24,000 nt of DNA from Morganella morganii (lineage in GTDB: Bacteria > Pseudomonadota > Gammaproteobacteria > Enterobacterales > Enterobacteriaceae). The translations under genes and the position numbers were made by a program. This document shows positions 7,732 through 15,044 of the stretch, piece by piece; position 1 is the stretch's first letter; each line of letters opens with the position of its first letter. The notes beneath the pieces are model-generated. The model saw only the letters and a list, made by a program, of their open reading frames with translations. It did no database searches and was not told the DNA's origin. The stretch is taken from assembly GCF_019243775.1 (NCBI RefSeq), contig NZ_CP069157.1, positions 2,467,418 to 2,491,417 of the forward strand. Reading direction: 5' to 3'.

Positions 7732-8664
7732 TTAAAATAATACTATATGCAAAACCGTGCGGATGAGAATACCGATCAGTGCTGCCGGGATCACATAACG
7801 GAATAAGCGGACAAACCGCGAACTGATGCCGAGAAAAATTCCGATCCCCGGTAAATCAAATGTCTGGATGAGTAAACCGGCAGATGCATTAATCTGATTG
7901 GCGGTTACCGCGCCCTGCTGTACCAGGTCAGATATCACCCCGAAATAGGCGGTCCCCCCCGCCACACATTTCACCAGGGCGGGCAGCACAAAACTGTCCG
8001 GAATATGCATAAAATTCAGTACCGGCATCAGAATATGGTGCAGCCATTCAATTACCCCGGCGGCCTGCATTAATCCGACAATGGATAATGACAGGATAAG
8101 CATCGGGATAGCTCCGAGTGCCAGGCGGATAGCATCCGCCCCCGCGCTGTTGATAACCGACAAAATTCCCTGATTATTCTGCTCCGCATCCGGCAGCGGC
8201 TCTGAGCTTGCGGTCTCTGTTGCGGATAACCGGCGACCGGTGACATACCAGGTAAAAGCCGCCGCACACAATCCCCCTGCAACCGAGATAATAATGGAGG
8301 TTGTCCAGTGCAGCCCGAACGGCATCAGCGGATAAAACACATTCCCCTGCCCCATAGCAAAACACATCGCCAGGGTGGCGGCCATATGGCGATCAGAGAC
8401 ACCCCGCTTATCCATAATCGCGAGTGTTGCCAGTGGTGCGGCAAAACTGACAAAGTTTATCTGGATCAGCGCGAATGCACTCATCCCGGTTAAGCCGAAA
8501 GGTTTGAGTAAAGGTGCCAGCCAGCGGACTATCACATCCAGCACGCCTCTGACAGACAGGTATTTCATTATGATCAGCATCACGACCATAATCGGTAATA
8601 AGGTATAAAGTGCGACATCAACGGAGGATTTACCCGCTGAAATGATAATACTGATGACATCCAT
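7732..8664 (-). CDS. Polytopic inner-membrane protein with nucleoside-recognition (Gate) type domains; putative transporter
   Basis: 310-aa highly hydrophobic ORF with two halves separated by a polar linker (..SATETASSEPLPDAEQNNQG..). The pattern resembles SpmA/SpmB/YjiG-YjiH-like Gate-domain proteins. Its stop is 17 nt before the yjdJ start, so the two are probably an operon. Confidence 0.6.
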   Translation of the reverse strand: MDVISIIISAGKSSVDVALYTLLPIMVVMLIIMKYLSVRGVLDVIVRWLAPLLKPFGLTGMSAFALIQINFVSFAAPLATLAIMDKRGVSDRHMAATLAMCFAMGQGNVFYPLMPFGLHWTTSIIISVAGGLCAAAFTWYVTGRRLSATETASSEPLPDAEQNNQGILSVINSAGADAIRLALGAIPMLILSLSIVGLMQAAGVIEWLHHILMPVLNFMHIPDSFVLPALVKCVAGGTAYFGVISDLVQQGAVTANQINASAGLLIQTFDLPGIGIFLGISSRFVRLFRYVIPAALIGILIRTVLHIVLF

Positions 8665-8897
8665 GGAATGAATACGGAAAGTAACTGAATCGGTTTTCCG
8701 GATTATAACCCTGTGATTTCAGAAGTAATTCAATTTCTTGAAGTGGTTCAAATAAAGCAGATAAAAACAGCCAATCCTGTATTTGCAGATAATTCATTCA
8801 GCCGGATGCTATTTTGCGGGATCAATAACCAAAAAATAACCCTGCATGACAGACTGCCACCGTCTGCTGTATCTATCCGGCTGATTTACATCATAAT

Positions 8898-9593
8898 TCA
8901 GAAAGATGACCAGAGCAGCGACAGCGGCATCACCAGTACCAGTGCCGGAAGCAGGTTAATCACCGCAAACATTTTAATACCGCAGATCCGAAGCCCGGTC
9001 GCGATTAATAATACCCCGCCCGCTGCGGTAAAGTCCGCCATCATAGCCGGTGTGGTAAACGGCATTAATAACGCACCGCTGCCCGCCAGTACCAGCTGAA
9101 TAATCAGCATCGGTGCGGCAATAACCGACACCGCAATACCCAGTGAGCAGGCAAATATCATCGCGGTGAAAAAATCCATAAAAGCCTTGGTCAGCAGAAC
9201 GGTCGGATCACCGGTCATGCCTTCATGCATCGCCCCGAAAATCCCGGTACCGCTGACACAGAACAGGAATATCAGCACCACATAGTTTTCGATAAAACTT
9301 TCCTGAGCCCCGCCCCGTGCCGGAAGCCGGGTCTTTATTTTACCGGCCACCGCATTAATTTTATTTTCCAGGCAACACAGTTCACCGATAACCGCCCCCA
9401 GCAGCACCGACAACACCATCACCGGCATATTGGCACATTTTATAATCAGCAACACCCCGATGGCGAGCGAGGCCAGGCCGAATACGGAGGGCATCGATGT
9501 CCGGATACGTTCCGGCAGCCGGTGGCTCAGCCCTGCCCCGGCAATTCCGCCAATTAATACTGCGGCGGCATTAATAAAAGGTCCGGTAACCAA
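8898..9593 (-). CDS. DUF554 family inner-membrane protein (YqgA-like)
   Basis: 231-aa hydrophobic ORF beginning MVTGPFINAAAVLIGGIAGAGLSHRLPERIRTSMPSVFGLASLAIG..., the characteristic DUF554 N-terminus as I remember it. Confidence 0.7.
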   Translation of the reverse strand: MVTGPFINAAAVLIGGIAGAGLSHRLPERIRTSMPSVFGLASLAIGVLLIIKCANMPVMVLSVLLGAVIGELCCLENKINAVAGKIKTRLPARGGAQESFIENYVVLIFLFCVSGTGIFGAMHEGMTGDPTVLLTKAFMDFFTAMIFACSLGIAVSVIAAPMLIIQLVLAGSGALLMPFTTPAMMADFTAAGGVLLIATGLRICGIKMFAVINLLPALVLVMPLSLLWSSF

Positions 9594-9701
9594 AGATCAC
9601 TCCTGCTTTTTTTTATTTGAATCTCATTATTATACGGAACCGGTACAATACTGTACGTGTACCCGTCTGCAAAACAGACGCAATAAAATAAAAACCGGGT
9701 A

Positions 9702-9732
9702 TTGACTCTTACGTTACGTAAGGCCGCAGTCT
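9702..9732 (+). promoter_or_regulatory. MerR-type promoter with 19-bp spacer and a central 7-1-7 palindromic operator
   Basis: The -35 is TTGACT (9702-9707). The 19-bp spacer contains the perfect palindrome CTTACGT-T-ACGTAAG (9708-9722). A -10-like CAGTCT sits at 9727-9732. AGGAGG and the ATG of the MerR-like remnant follow. The layout parallels the merT/zntA promoters (TTGACT + dyad + 19-20-bp spacer). Confidence 0.5.
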
Positions 9733-9755
9733 GAGCCGCATTACAGGAGGGAAAT

Positions 9756-9949
9756 ATGTTACTTCAGGTTGGTGAAATTGCTGAGAAGACCGGACTGACA
9801 GTATCGAACGCCTTACCCGGATTCAGATATTGCGGCAGATAGGCGTCAAACTGAAGGACATCGGTAAAATACTCGGGGGTCACGACGGGGATATGGCGAA
9901 TCTGCTGAAAGAGAGAGTCAGTGTATTAACGGCGCAGATGCAGGAATAA
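9756..9949 (+). pseudogene. Decayed MerR-family transcriptional regulator (internal deletion/frameshift, truncated)
   Basis: Frame 1 gives MLLQVGEIAEKTGLTVSNALPGFRYCGR*, a MerR HTH start that then derails. A second frame from 9818 gives RIQILRQIGVKLKDIGKILGGHDGDMANLLKERVSVLTAQMQE* (stop at 9947-9949), which resembles the wing/dimerisation-helix segment. About 25-30 codons between GLTV and RIQILRQ are missing, and the total length is about half of a normal MerR protein. Confidence 0.65.
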
Positions 9950-10066
9950 GAAAGTGTTTCACTGCGTACCGGTGAGCGATGCGACCTCAAATTTGCCTGT
10001 GAACAATTCCGTCTTTTTCTGTCCGGAAAAGTTCCGTGCAACGATTTTCAGGCCGCCATCATTTCG

Positions 10067-10294
10067 TTACCCTTTTTTAATTTCCATCCGCCATTGCGCA
10101 TCACCGATTTGTTCAAAATCAGTAACTTCATGGCCGGCTTCTGCCGCCCAGCGAGGAATATTTTCCGTCGCCTGAGCGCAATCGTATTTGATGACCAGTA
10201 CATCACCGGTCGCTAATGTTTCAATGGCTTTTTTTGCTTCAATTAACGGAAAGGGGCACAGGTGCCCGCGGGTATCTAATTCCAGCGTATTCAT
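10067..10294 (-). CDS. yeeD: TusA-like sulfurtransferase YeeD (thiosulfate uptake partner)
   Basis: 75 aa with the LCPFPLIEAK active-site Cys motif. ...DCAQATENIPRWAAEAGHEVTDFEQIGDAQW matches remembered E. coli YeeD. It lies immediately downstream of yeeE. Confidence 0.85.
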   Translation of the reverse strand: MNTLELDTRGHLCPFPLIEAKKAIETLATGDVLVIKYDCAQATENIPRWAAEAGHEVTDFEQIGDAQWRMEIKKG

Positions 10295-10306
10295 AGTTTC
10301 ACCTTA

Positions 10307-11353
10307 TTACTTTATTTTCTGAGGACGTATGATCGTAAAATAACTGACAATCCAGCTGCCGGCGATAATGCAGGGAATAAACGCCCAGCCCTGCCAGGAG
10401 AACCAGGCCGTATTGACTAAGGTATTTCCCAGCATACAGCCGCCGGCCAGGCCGCTGCCGATACCCATGAGTAATCCGCCGGTCAGGCTTTTTATCATCA
10501 CGGGAAAACCCGGGTTGCGGAAACGAAATTCCCGGCTGCCTTTTGCGGCGATAAACGCCCCGGCAAAAATCCCGATCAGCAGATAACCCGCCCAGTTAAA
10601 GAATTTCAGGTCGCCGGCCGTCACCAGTGAAAATAATTGTGCGCTCGGGCCGCTGATCCCTAACCCGCCGACACGTCCGTCCGCCAGGCTTGAAGGCCAG
10701 GCAAGCAGAGCAATGACACCAATTATCAGGGCAGAAACAAACGGATGCCAGCGGGCTTCAAACAGCAGGTGAGCGACCCCGGTTTTCCGGGCTTTCATTT
10801 TGGGAATGTGAACAGATTTGTATTTATTCAGGTGACGATTCACCAGAAAAACCGTCAGCAGCACCAAAACAATAATCGCGATATACGGCGGGATATTCAG
10901 TGATTGTGTGATAGTCGGGGAATCCAGCTTCGGTGTGGTAACCGGAGAAAAGACCTGTTTTACGGCAGACTGACGGATAAACCAGCTGGCAATAATAAAA
11001 CCGCCGACGGCTGTAATGCTGCCTGCCAATCCTTCCGCAGCCCGGTAATAAGCACCGGTTGAGCAGGACCCGGCAAATGCCATCCCCATGCCAAAAAGTA
11101 ATCCGCCGGCCAGAGTTGCCAGCCAGGGAAATGTGCCTCCGGGGATTTTTGCAATACCGAAATAAGAAAAAATGAAGAGTCCGATACTCTGGACAGAGAT
11201 GACAATCAGAATAGCAATCAGCATTCTGCTGTCGCGAAAGAGATAGAGATCACGCAAACCACCGGCTAAACAAAAGCGGCCGCGCTGCATAACAAAACCC
11301 AGTAATACCCCTAAGAATAAACCGGATAGATGAGATAAACTTATCATAGACAT
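10307..11353 (-). CDS. yeeE: YeeE/YedE-family membrane protein (thiosulfate transporter TsuA-type)
   Basis: 348-aa polytopic ORF with the conserved Cys-containing re-entrant motifs (GRFCLAGG, FAGSCSTG, LAGGCMLG). Its size matches YeeE (352 aa) rather than YedE (401 aa). An AGGAG RBS is present. Confidence 0.85.
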   Translation of the reverse strand: MSMISLSHLSGLFLGVLLGFVMQRGRFCLAGGLRDLYLFRDSRMLIAILIVISVQSIGLFIFSYFGIAKIPGGTFPWLATLAGGLLFGMGMAFAGSCSTGAYYRAAEGLAGSITAVGGFIIASWFIRQSAVKQVFSPVTTPKLDSPTITQSLNIPPYIAIIVLVLLTVFLVNRHLNKYKSVHIPKMKARKTGVAHLLFEARWHPFVSALIIGVIALLAWPSSLADGRVGGLGISGPSAQLFSLVTAGDLKFFNWAGYLLIGIFAGAFIAAKGSREFRFRNPGFPVMIKSLTGGLLMGIGSGLAGGCMLGNTLVNTAWFSWQGWAFIPCIIAGSWIVSYFTIIRPQKIK

Positions 11354-11558
11354 CGCTCCTTTAAGACCGTTATCTTAGCGAAATATCTTTTTGATTATTT
11401 GAGGAAAATCACAGAAAACGGAAATATTGTTTTTATGTGCGGAGGAGATAACCGGCAGGAGGACATTTTCCGGCTGACGATGACACCAGTAATCACAGGG
11501 GACTCATCTGCATCCGGCGGCTGCAGGCTTTTTGTGTTTCATTCAGCAATGATGTGGT

Positions 11559-11594
11559 ATAAAAAACCACAGAGTGCTGTAAAACACCCTGTGG
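11559..11594 (-). terminator. Rho-independent terminator of fdhF
   Basis: Minus-strand RNA CCACAGGGUG-uuuuacag-CACUCUGUGG forms a 10-bp stem (one G.U pair) followed by UUUUUUAU, 25 nt after the stop. On the plus strand the same position is an A.C mismatch. Confidence 0.8.
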
Positions 11595-11619
11595 TCACAT
11601 GGTATTAAATGTATTCCGT

Positions 11620-13788
11620 TTATTGAATCTGGCTTTCTGCTGTTTCAACTAAACCGATTAACCGGTTCCGCATGACAGCATATTTTTCTTTGACTAGAGC
11701 TTCGGCCTCTTTCTGATTATCAATTCTGATCACTCTCGCCGCACAGTATTTAGTTTCCGGTGTTTTGGATACCGGATCCAGATTATCCTGTGTCAGTTCA
11801 TTACAGGCACCAATCCACCACTGATATGTCATATAAACCGCTGGTTTATTAATCGTTTCATTGATACTGCACCGGGACATCACTTTCCCTCTGCGTGACT
11901 CCACCCACACAATATCCTGGTCTTTAATTCCCAGCTTTCCTGCGGTTTCCGGATGCATCTGCACATATCCCGGTTCGTCAGCCAGAGATGCCAGCGCCTT
12001 ACAGTTACCGGTCATAGAACGGCATGAATAGTGCCCGACCTCACGGACAGTGGAAAGGATCAGCGGATATTCATCATCCGGCAGTTCCGCCGGCTTCCGC
12101 CACGGTGCGGCAAACAGCAGTCCTTTGCCTGACGGGGTATCAAAGATGTTATTCTGATAGAGGTATGGTGTCCCCGGATGATCTTCTGACGGGCACGGCC
12201 ACTGAATATGTGCCAGCCCTTCCAGTTTTTCATAGGTGACACCATAAAACAGCGGACACAGTTCTCTGAGTTCATCCCAAATCTCTTTGTTGTCAGTATA
12301 AGACATCGGGTATCCCATCTCTGTCGCCAGCAGACTGATAATTTCCCAGTCCCGTTTTACATTTCCCTGTGGTTCAATGGCTTTCTCAAACCGCTGAAAG
12401 CCCCTGTCCGCGCAGGTAAAGATACCGCCGTGCTCACCCCAGCTGGTTGACGGCAGAATAACATCGGCCTGCTCCGCTGTTTTGGTCATAAAGATATCCT
12501 GCACCACCACAAATTCCAGGGCATCAAACCCATTGCGGACGAGTTGTAAATCCGCTTCTGTCTGCAGCGGATCCTCCCCCATGATGTAATAGGCTTTTAC
12601 CTTTCCCTCAATGGCCAGATGCGGGACTTCCGTAATACGGTAGCCCGCCTCAGGGTCAAGGGATTCATACGGGATCCCCCATGCCTGCGCAAATTTACGT
12701 CTGACATTTTCATCTGTCACATTCTGATAGCCGGGGAACATATTAGGCAGTACCCCCATATCACAGGCACCCTGAACATTATTCTGCCCTCTGACCGGTG
12801 CAACCCCCACACCGGGTTTTCCCAGATTGCCGGTTAATAACGCCAGTCCGGAAAGGCCTTTGACGACATCCACCGCCTGCCCGAATTGTGTCACCCCCAT
12901 CCCCCACATAATGGTTGCGGTTTTTGCACGCGCATAGGTTCTCATCGCCTGACGGATTTGTGAGGCCGGAATGCCGGTAATATCCTGAACCACTTCAGGG
13001 CTGTAATCCTGAACGGCTTTTTTGTACTCCTCAAATCCCTCTGTAAACCGGCTGACATAATTTTTGTCATACAGATTTTCATCAATTAAGGTATAGGCGA
13101 ACGCATTAACCAGCGCCATATTGGTACCGTTCCGCAGAGGAAGGTATTGTGTGGCAATTTTAGCTGTTTCTATTTTTCTCGGGTCGCAGACAATAATTTC
13201 CGCCCCGTTCTCTTTTGCTTTTATCACCCGGCGGGCGACAATAGGATGAGAATCCGCACAGTTATACCCGAATACCAGCAGGCAACCGGAGTGTTCAATA
13301 TCCGCGATGGAATTGCTCATTGCCCCGTTACCCAATGTCACCTGTAATCCGGCCACTGACGGGCCGTGACACACACGGGCACAGCAATCCACATTGTTGT
13401 TACCCAATACTGCACGGGCAAATTTCTGCATCACAAAGTTGGTTTCATTGCCGGTTCCGCGTGAGGAGCCCGTACACATAATGGATTTTGCACCGTACTT
13501 TTCTTTGATCTGTTTCAGCCGGTGAGCGGTATAATTAATCGCCTCCCGCCAGCTGACAACTTCAAACGGTGCACCTTTTTCTCTGCGGATCATCGGCTGA
13601 TTTATTCTGGCTGTCAGTAACTTGTTATCATTAAGAAAATCCCAGCCATATAACCCTTTCAGACACAGCTGCCCCTGGTTGGTAACACCATCAGCACCTT
13701 CTGCTTTGATTATTTTTCCGTTTTCAACACAAAGATTCAGTTTACAACCGGCGCCACAATACGGGCATACAGATATGACTTTATTCAT
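11620..13788 (-). CDS. fdhF: Formate dehydrogenase H (molybdopterin, FHL-type) with cysteine in place of selenocysteine
   Basis: 722 aa from the ATG at 13788: MNKVISVCPYCGAGCKLNL...NNVDCCARVCHGPSVAGL...STVREVGHYSCRSMTGNC...MTYQWWIGACNEL. This is collinear with remembered E. coli FdhF (715 aa). Codon 140 is TGT. The 66 extra N-terminal codons in the ORF-track call lack similarity and overlap the promoter. Confidence 0.92.
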   Translation of the reverse strand: MNKVISVCPYCGAGCKLNLCVENGKIIKAEGADGVTNQGQLCLKGLYGWDFLNDNKLLTARINQPMIRREKGAPFEVVSWREAINYTAHRLKQIKEKYGAKSIMCTGSSRGTGNETNFVMQKFARAVLGNNNVDCCARVCHGPSVAGLQVTLGNGAMSNSIADIEHSGCLLVFGYNCADSHPIVARRVIKAKENGAEIIVCDPRKIETAKIATQYLPLRNGTNMALVNAFAYTLIDENLYDKNYVSRFTEGFEEYKKAVQDYSPEVVQDITGIPASQIRQAMRTYARAKTATIMWGMGVTQFGQAVDVVKGLSGLALLTGNLGKPGVGVAPVRGQNNVQGACDMGVLPNMFPGYQNVTDENVRRKFAQAWGIPYESLDPEAGYRITEVPHLAIEGKVKAYYIMGEDPLQTEADLQLVRNGFDALEFVVVQDIFMTKTAEQADVILPSTSWGEHGGIFTCADRGFQRFEKAIEPQGNVKRDWEIISLLATEMGYPMSYTDNKEIWDELRELCPLFYGVTYEKLEGLAHIQWPCPSEDHPGTPYLYQNNIFDTPSGKGLLFAAPWRKPAELPDDEYPLILSTVREVGHYSCRSMTGNCKALASLADEPGYVQMHPETAGKLGIKDQDIVWVESRRGKVMSRCSINETINKPAVYMTYQWWIGACNELTQDNLDPVSKTPETKYCAARVIRIDNQKEAEALVKEKYAVMRNRLIGLVETAESQIQ

Positions 13789-13844
13789 TTGACGTCCTTT
13801 CCCCTGACCAGGGAGTAAAAGAGTAAGAAAAGAAATGTCATCTA

Positions 13845-13860
13845 TGCATATTACATGCCA
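13845..13860 (-). promoter_or_regulatory. Sigma-54 (-24/-12) promoter of fdhF
   Basis: The minus strand reads TGGCATGTAATATGCA. GG and GC have the canonical spacing of TGGCAC-N5-TTGCA. The -12 element (13845-13849) lies ~57 nt upstream of the ATG at 13788, giving a predicted 5'UTR of ~45 nt. E. coli fdhF is sigma-54/FhlA dependent. Confidence 0.6.
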
Positions 13861-14157
13861 GTAAAAAATAGCTTTATAATCAATGAAGGATCGGTTTTTT
13901 GATGTGTCAGACAACGATAATCGACATTTTTGACGAAACGGGAAGGGAAATATTGCCGGAAAAAATATTGTGCTAATCAGCAGCATGATGCTGAATGCGG
14001 CGACGTCAGCTTCCGGCCGGAGTGGACAGTCCGCCTGAAGAAAATTATCTGAGAAAACTGTTTCGGTTCAGGGAACAGAGAAACCTTTTATTTATCACGG
14101 ATAATTTTTTGTGAGAAAATCACACTTTATTACCATTAAATTAAGGGTATCTGAGGG

Positions 14158-14640
14158 ATGAAAATTTTCGGTATTATTGTCGTTACAATCGGATGTATTT
14201 TATTACAAGGCTGCGATACTCAGGAAACGAAAGTCGTAAAATATATGAAGTGCAGGATTGCCGTTGATGAAATCGGAGATCAACAAGCGAAGGTTAATTT
14301 TCGCATGAATGGGGTAACATCTGTTTTTGGTGATGAAATACCTAAAATGAGCGGTTACGATAGTATGCGTTTACAGCAGGAAGCAAGAGATGATTTAAAA
14401 ATGGATGTTCCGAACAAAAGACTCTCTGTGGAAAATTTAATCGATGAATATGAAAAAAGCTACTGTGCAGATATTCATCAGTCGCCGCAAAAAGGAAAAA
14501 ATAAAAGAACTGAAATATATTTTAAACCTCTAACATTGTTAAAAGTTAAACATAAAACTCCGGTGACCCAATACGGAACGAATCAGACAAAGCGAAGTGG
14601 CACCATCATAATATCACGCCCTGCACTCTGTTATATCTGA
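14158..14640 (+). CDS. Hypothetical lipoprotein (orphan, low G+C)
   Basis: 160-aa ORF with signal peptide and lipobox MKIFGIIVVTIGCILLQG/C and a GAGGG RBS. Hand counts give ~32% G+C on two lines, against ~50% or more in neighbouring genes. I recognise no family. Confidence 0.6.
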   Translation: MKIFGIIVVTIGCILLQGCDTQETKVVKYMKCRIAVDEIGDQQAKVNFRMNGVTSVFGDEIPKMSGYDSMRLQQEARDDLKMDVPNKRLSVENLIDEYEKSYCADIHQSPQKGKNKRTEIYFKPLTLLKVKHKTPVTQYGTNQTKRSGTIIISRPALCYI

Positions 14641-14765
14641 CTTCAGCGAAATTCATACTGTGCAGTTTGGTGAGGTTTTCGCTGATAGCCGGGCAAATAA
14701 CGTTACTGTAAGGAATGATTTATCAGGAATTGAGAGACTTCAGGAGATACTGGGAGACGTTGAGA

Positions 14766-14853
14766 TGGCGGAGGAGGAGAGATTCGAACTCTCGGACGGT
14801 TTCCCGTCGGCGGTTTTCAAGACCGCTGCCTTAAGCCGCTCGGCCACCCCTCC
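14766..14853 (-). tRNA. serT: tRNA-Ser (anticodon UGA)
   Basis: 88-nt class II cloverleaf on the minus strand. The acceptor GGAGGGG pairs with CTCCTCC. The anticodon loop is CUUGAAA, there is a long variable arm (CGACGGGAAACCGTCCG), the T-loop is GTTCGAATC, and CCA is encoded. It is close to remembered E. coli serT. Confidence 0.95.
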
Positions 14854-14865
14854 GCAATGACGTGC

Positions 14866-14894
14866 ACTATAGTCCCCTCACTGTGCCTTGTAAA
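14866..14894 (-). promoter_or_regulatory. Candidate sigma-70 promoter of tRNA-Ser
   Basis: The minus strand reads TTTACA-N17-TATAGT, followed by a GC-rich discriminator (GCACGTC). The -10 ends 12 nt before the mature tRNA 5' end. Confidence 0.5.
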
Positions 14895-15044
14895 GTCCCG
14901 GATAGTTTAAATGCCGGAAATTTAGTCATTTCTCAATGTGTTAGCTGATTTTATCATCATTATCACCGCTTTCTTTCTTCTGATGCTTGGGGTAGCGGCA
15001 GATTTTTGCTACATTTTCATTCTCATTTTCAGCAGGTTCAGATT

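Noticed and set aside
11437-11452. GCGGAGGAG, a 9-nt match to the tRNA-Ser 3' end, considered as a possible att repeat marking an island boundary
   Set aside because: Only 9 nt match, and the match breaks where the tRNA continues GAGAGATTCGAA. A 9-mer match is expected by chance in 24 kb on two strands, and no integrase is present.
10067-13788. yeeE-yeeD next to fdhF, considered as a selenium-utilisation module (YedE/YedF-type)
   Set aside because: The membrane protein matches YeeE in size and the partner matches YeeD (thiosulfate uptake), not YedE/YedF. The adjacent FdhF has no selenocysteine. Each unit has its own terminator or promoter. The adjacency, and the nearby tusE, looks coincidental.
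13789-13986. 66-codon N-terminal extension of fdhF in the 788-aa ORF call
   Set aside because: The extension has no similarity to FdhF. It would bury the sigma-54 promoter inside coding sequence. The conserved protein begins exactly at the ATG at 13788 (MNKVISVCPYCG...), which has an upstream AGGA.
14644-14683. CAGCGAAA...TTTCGCTG inverted repeat after the lipoprotein gene, considered as a terminator for the lipoprotein or tRNA
   Set aside because: The 24-nt loop and the lack of a following U-tract on either strand make it thermodynamically unconvincing.
14660-14860. 66-aa ORF across the tRNA-Ser gene
   Set aside because: It is simply the plus-strand reading of the tRNA complement. The tRNA cloverleaf is unambiguous.
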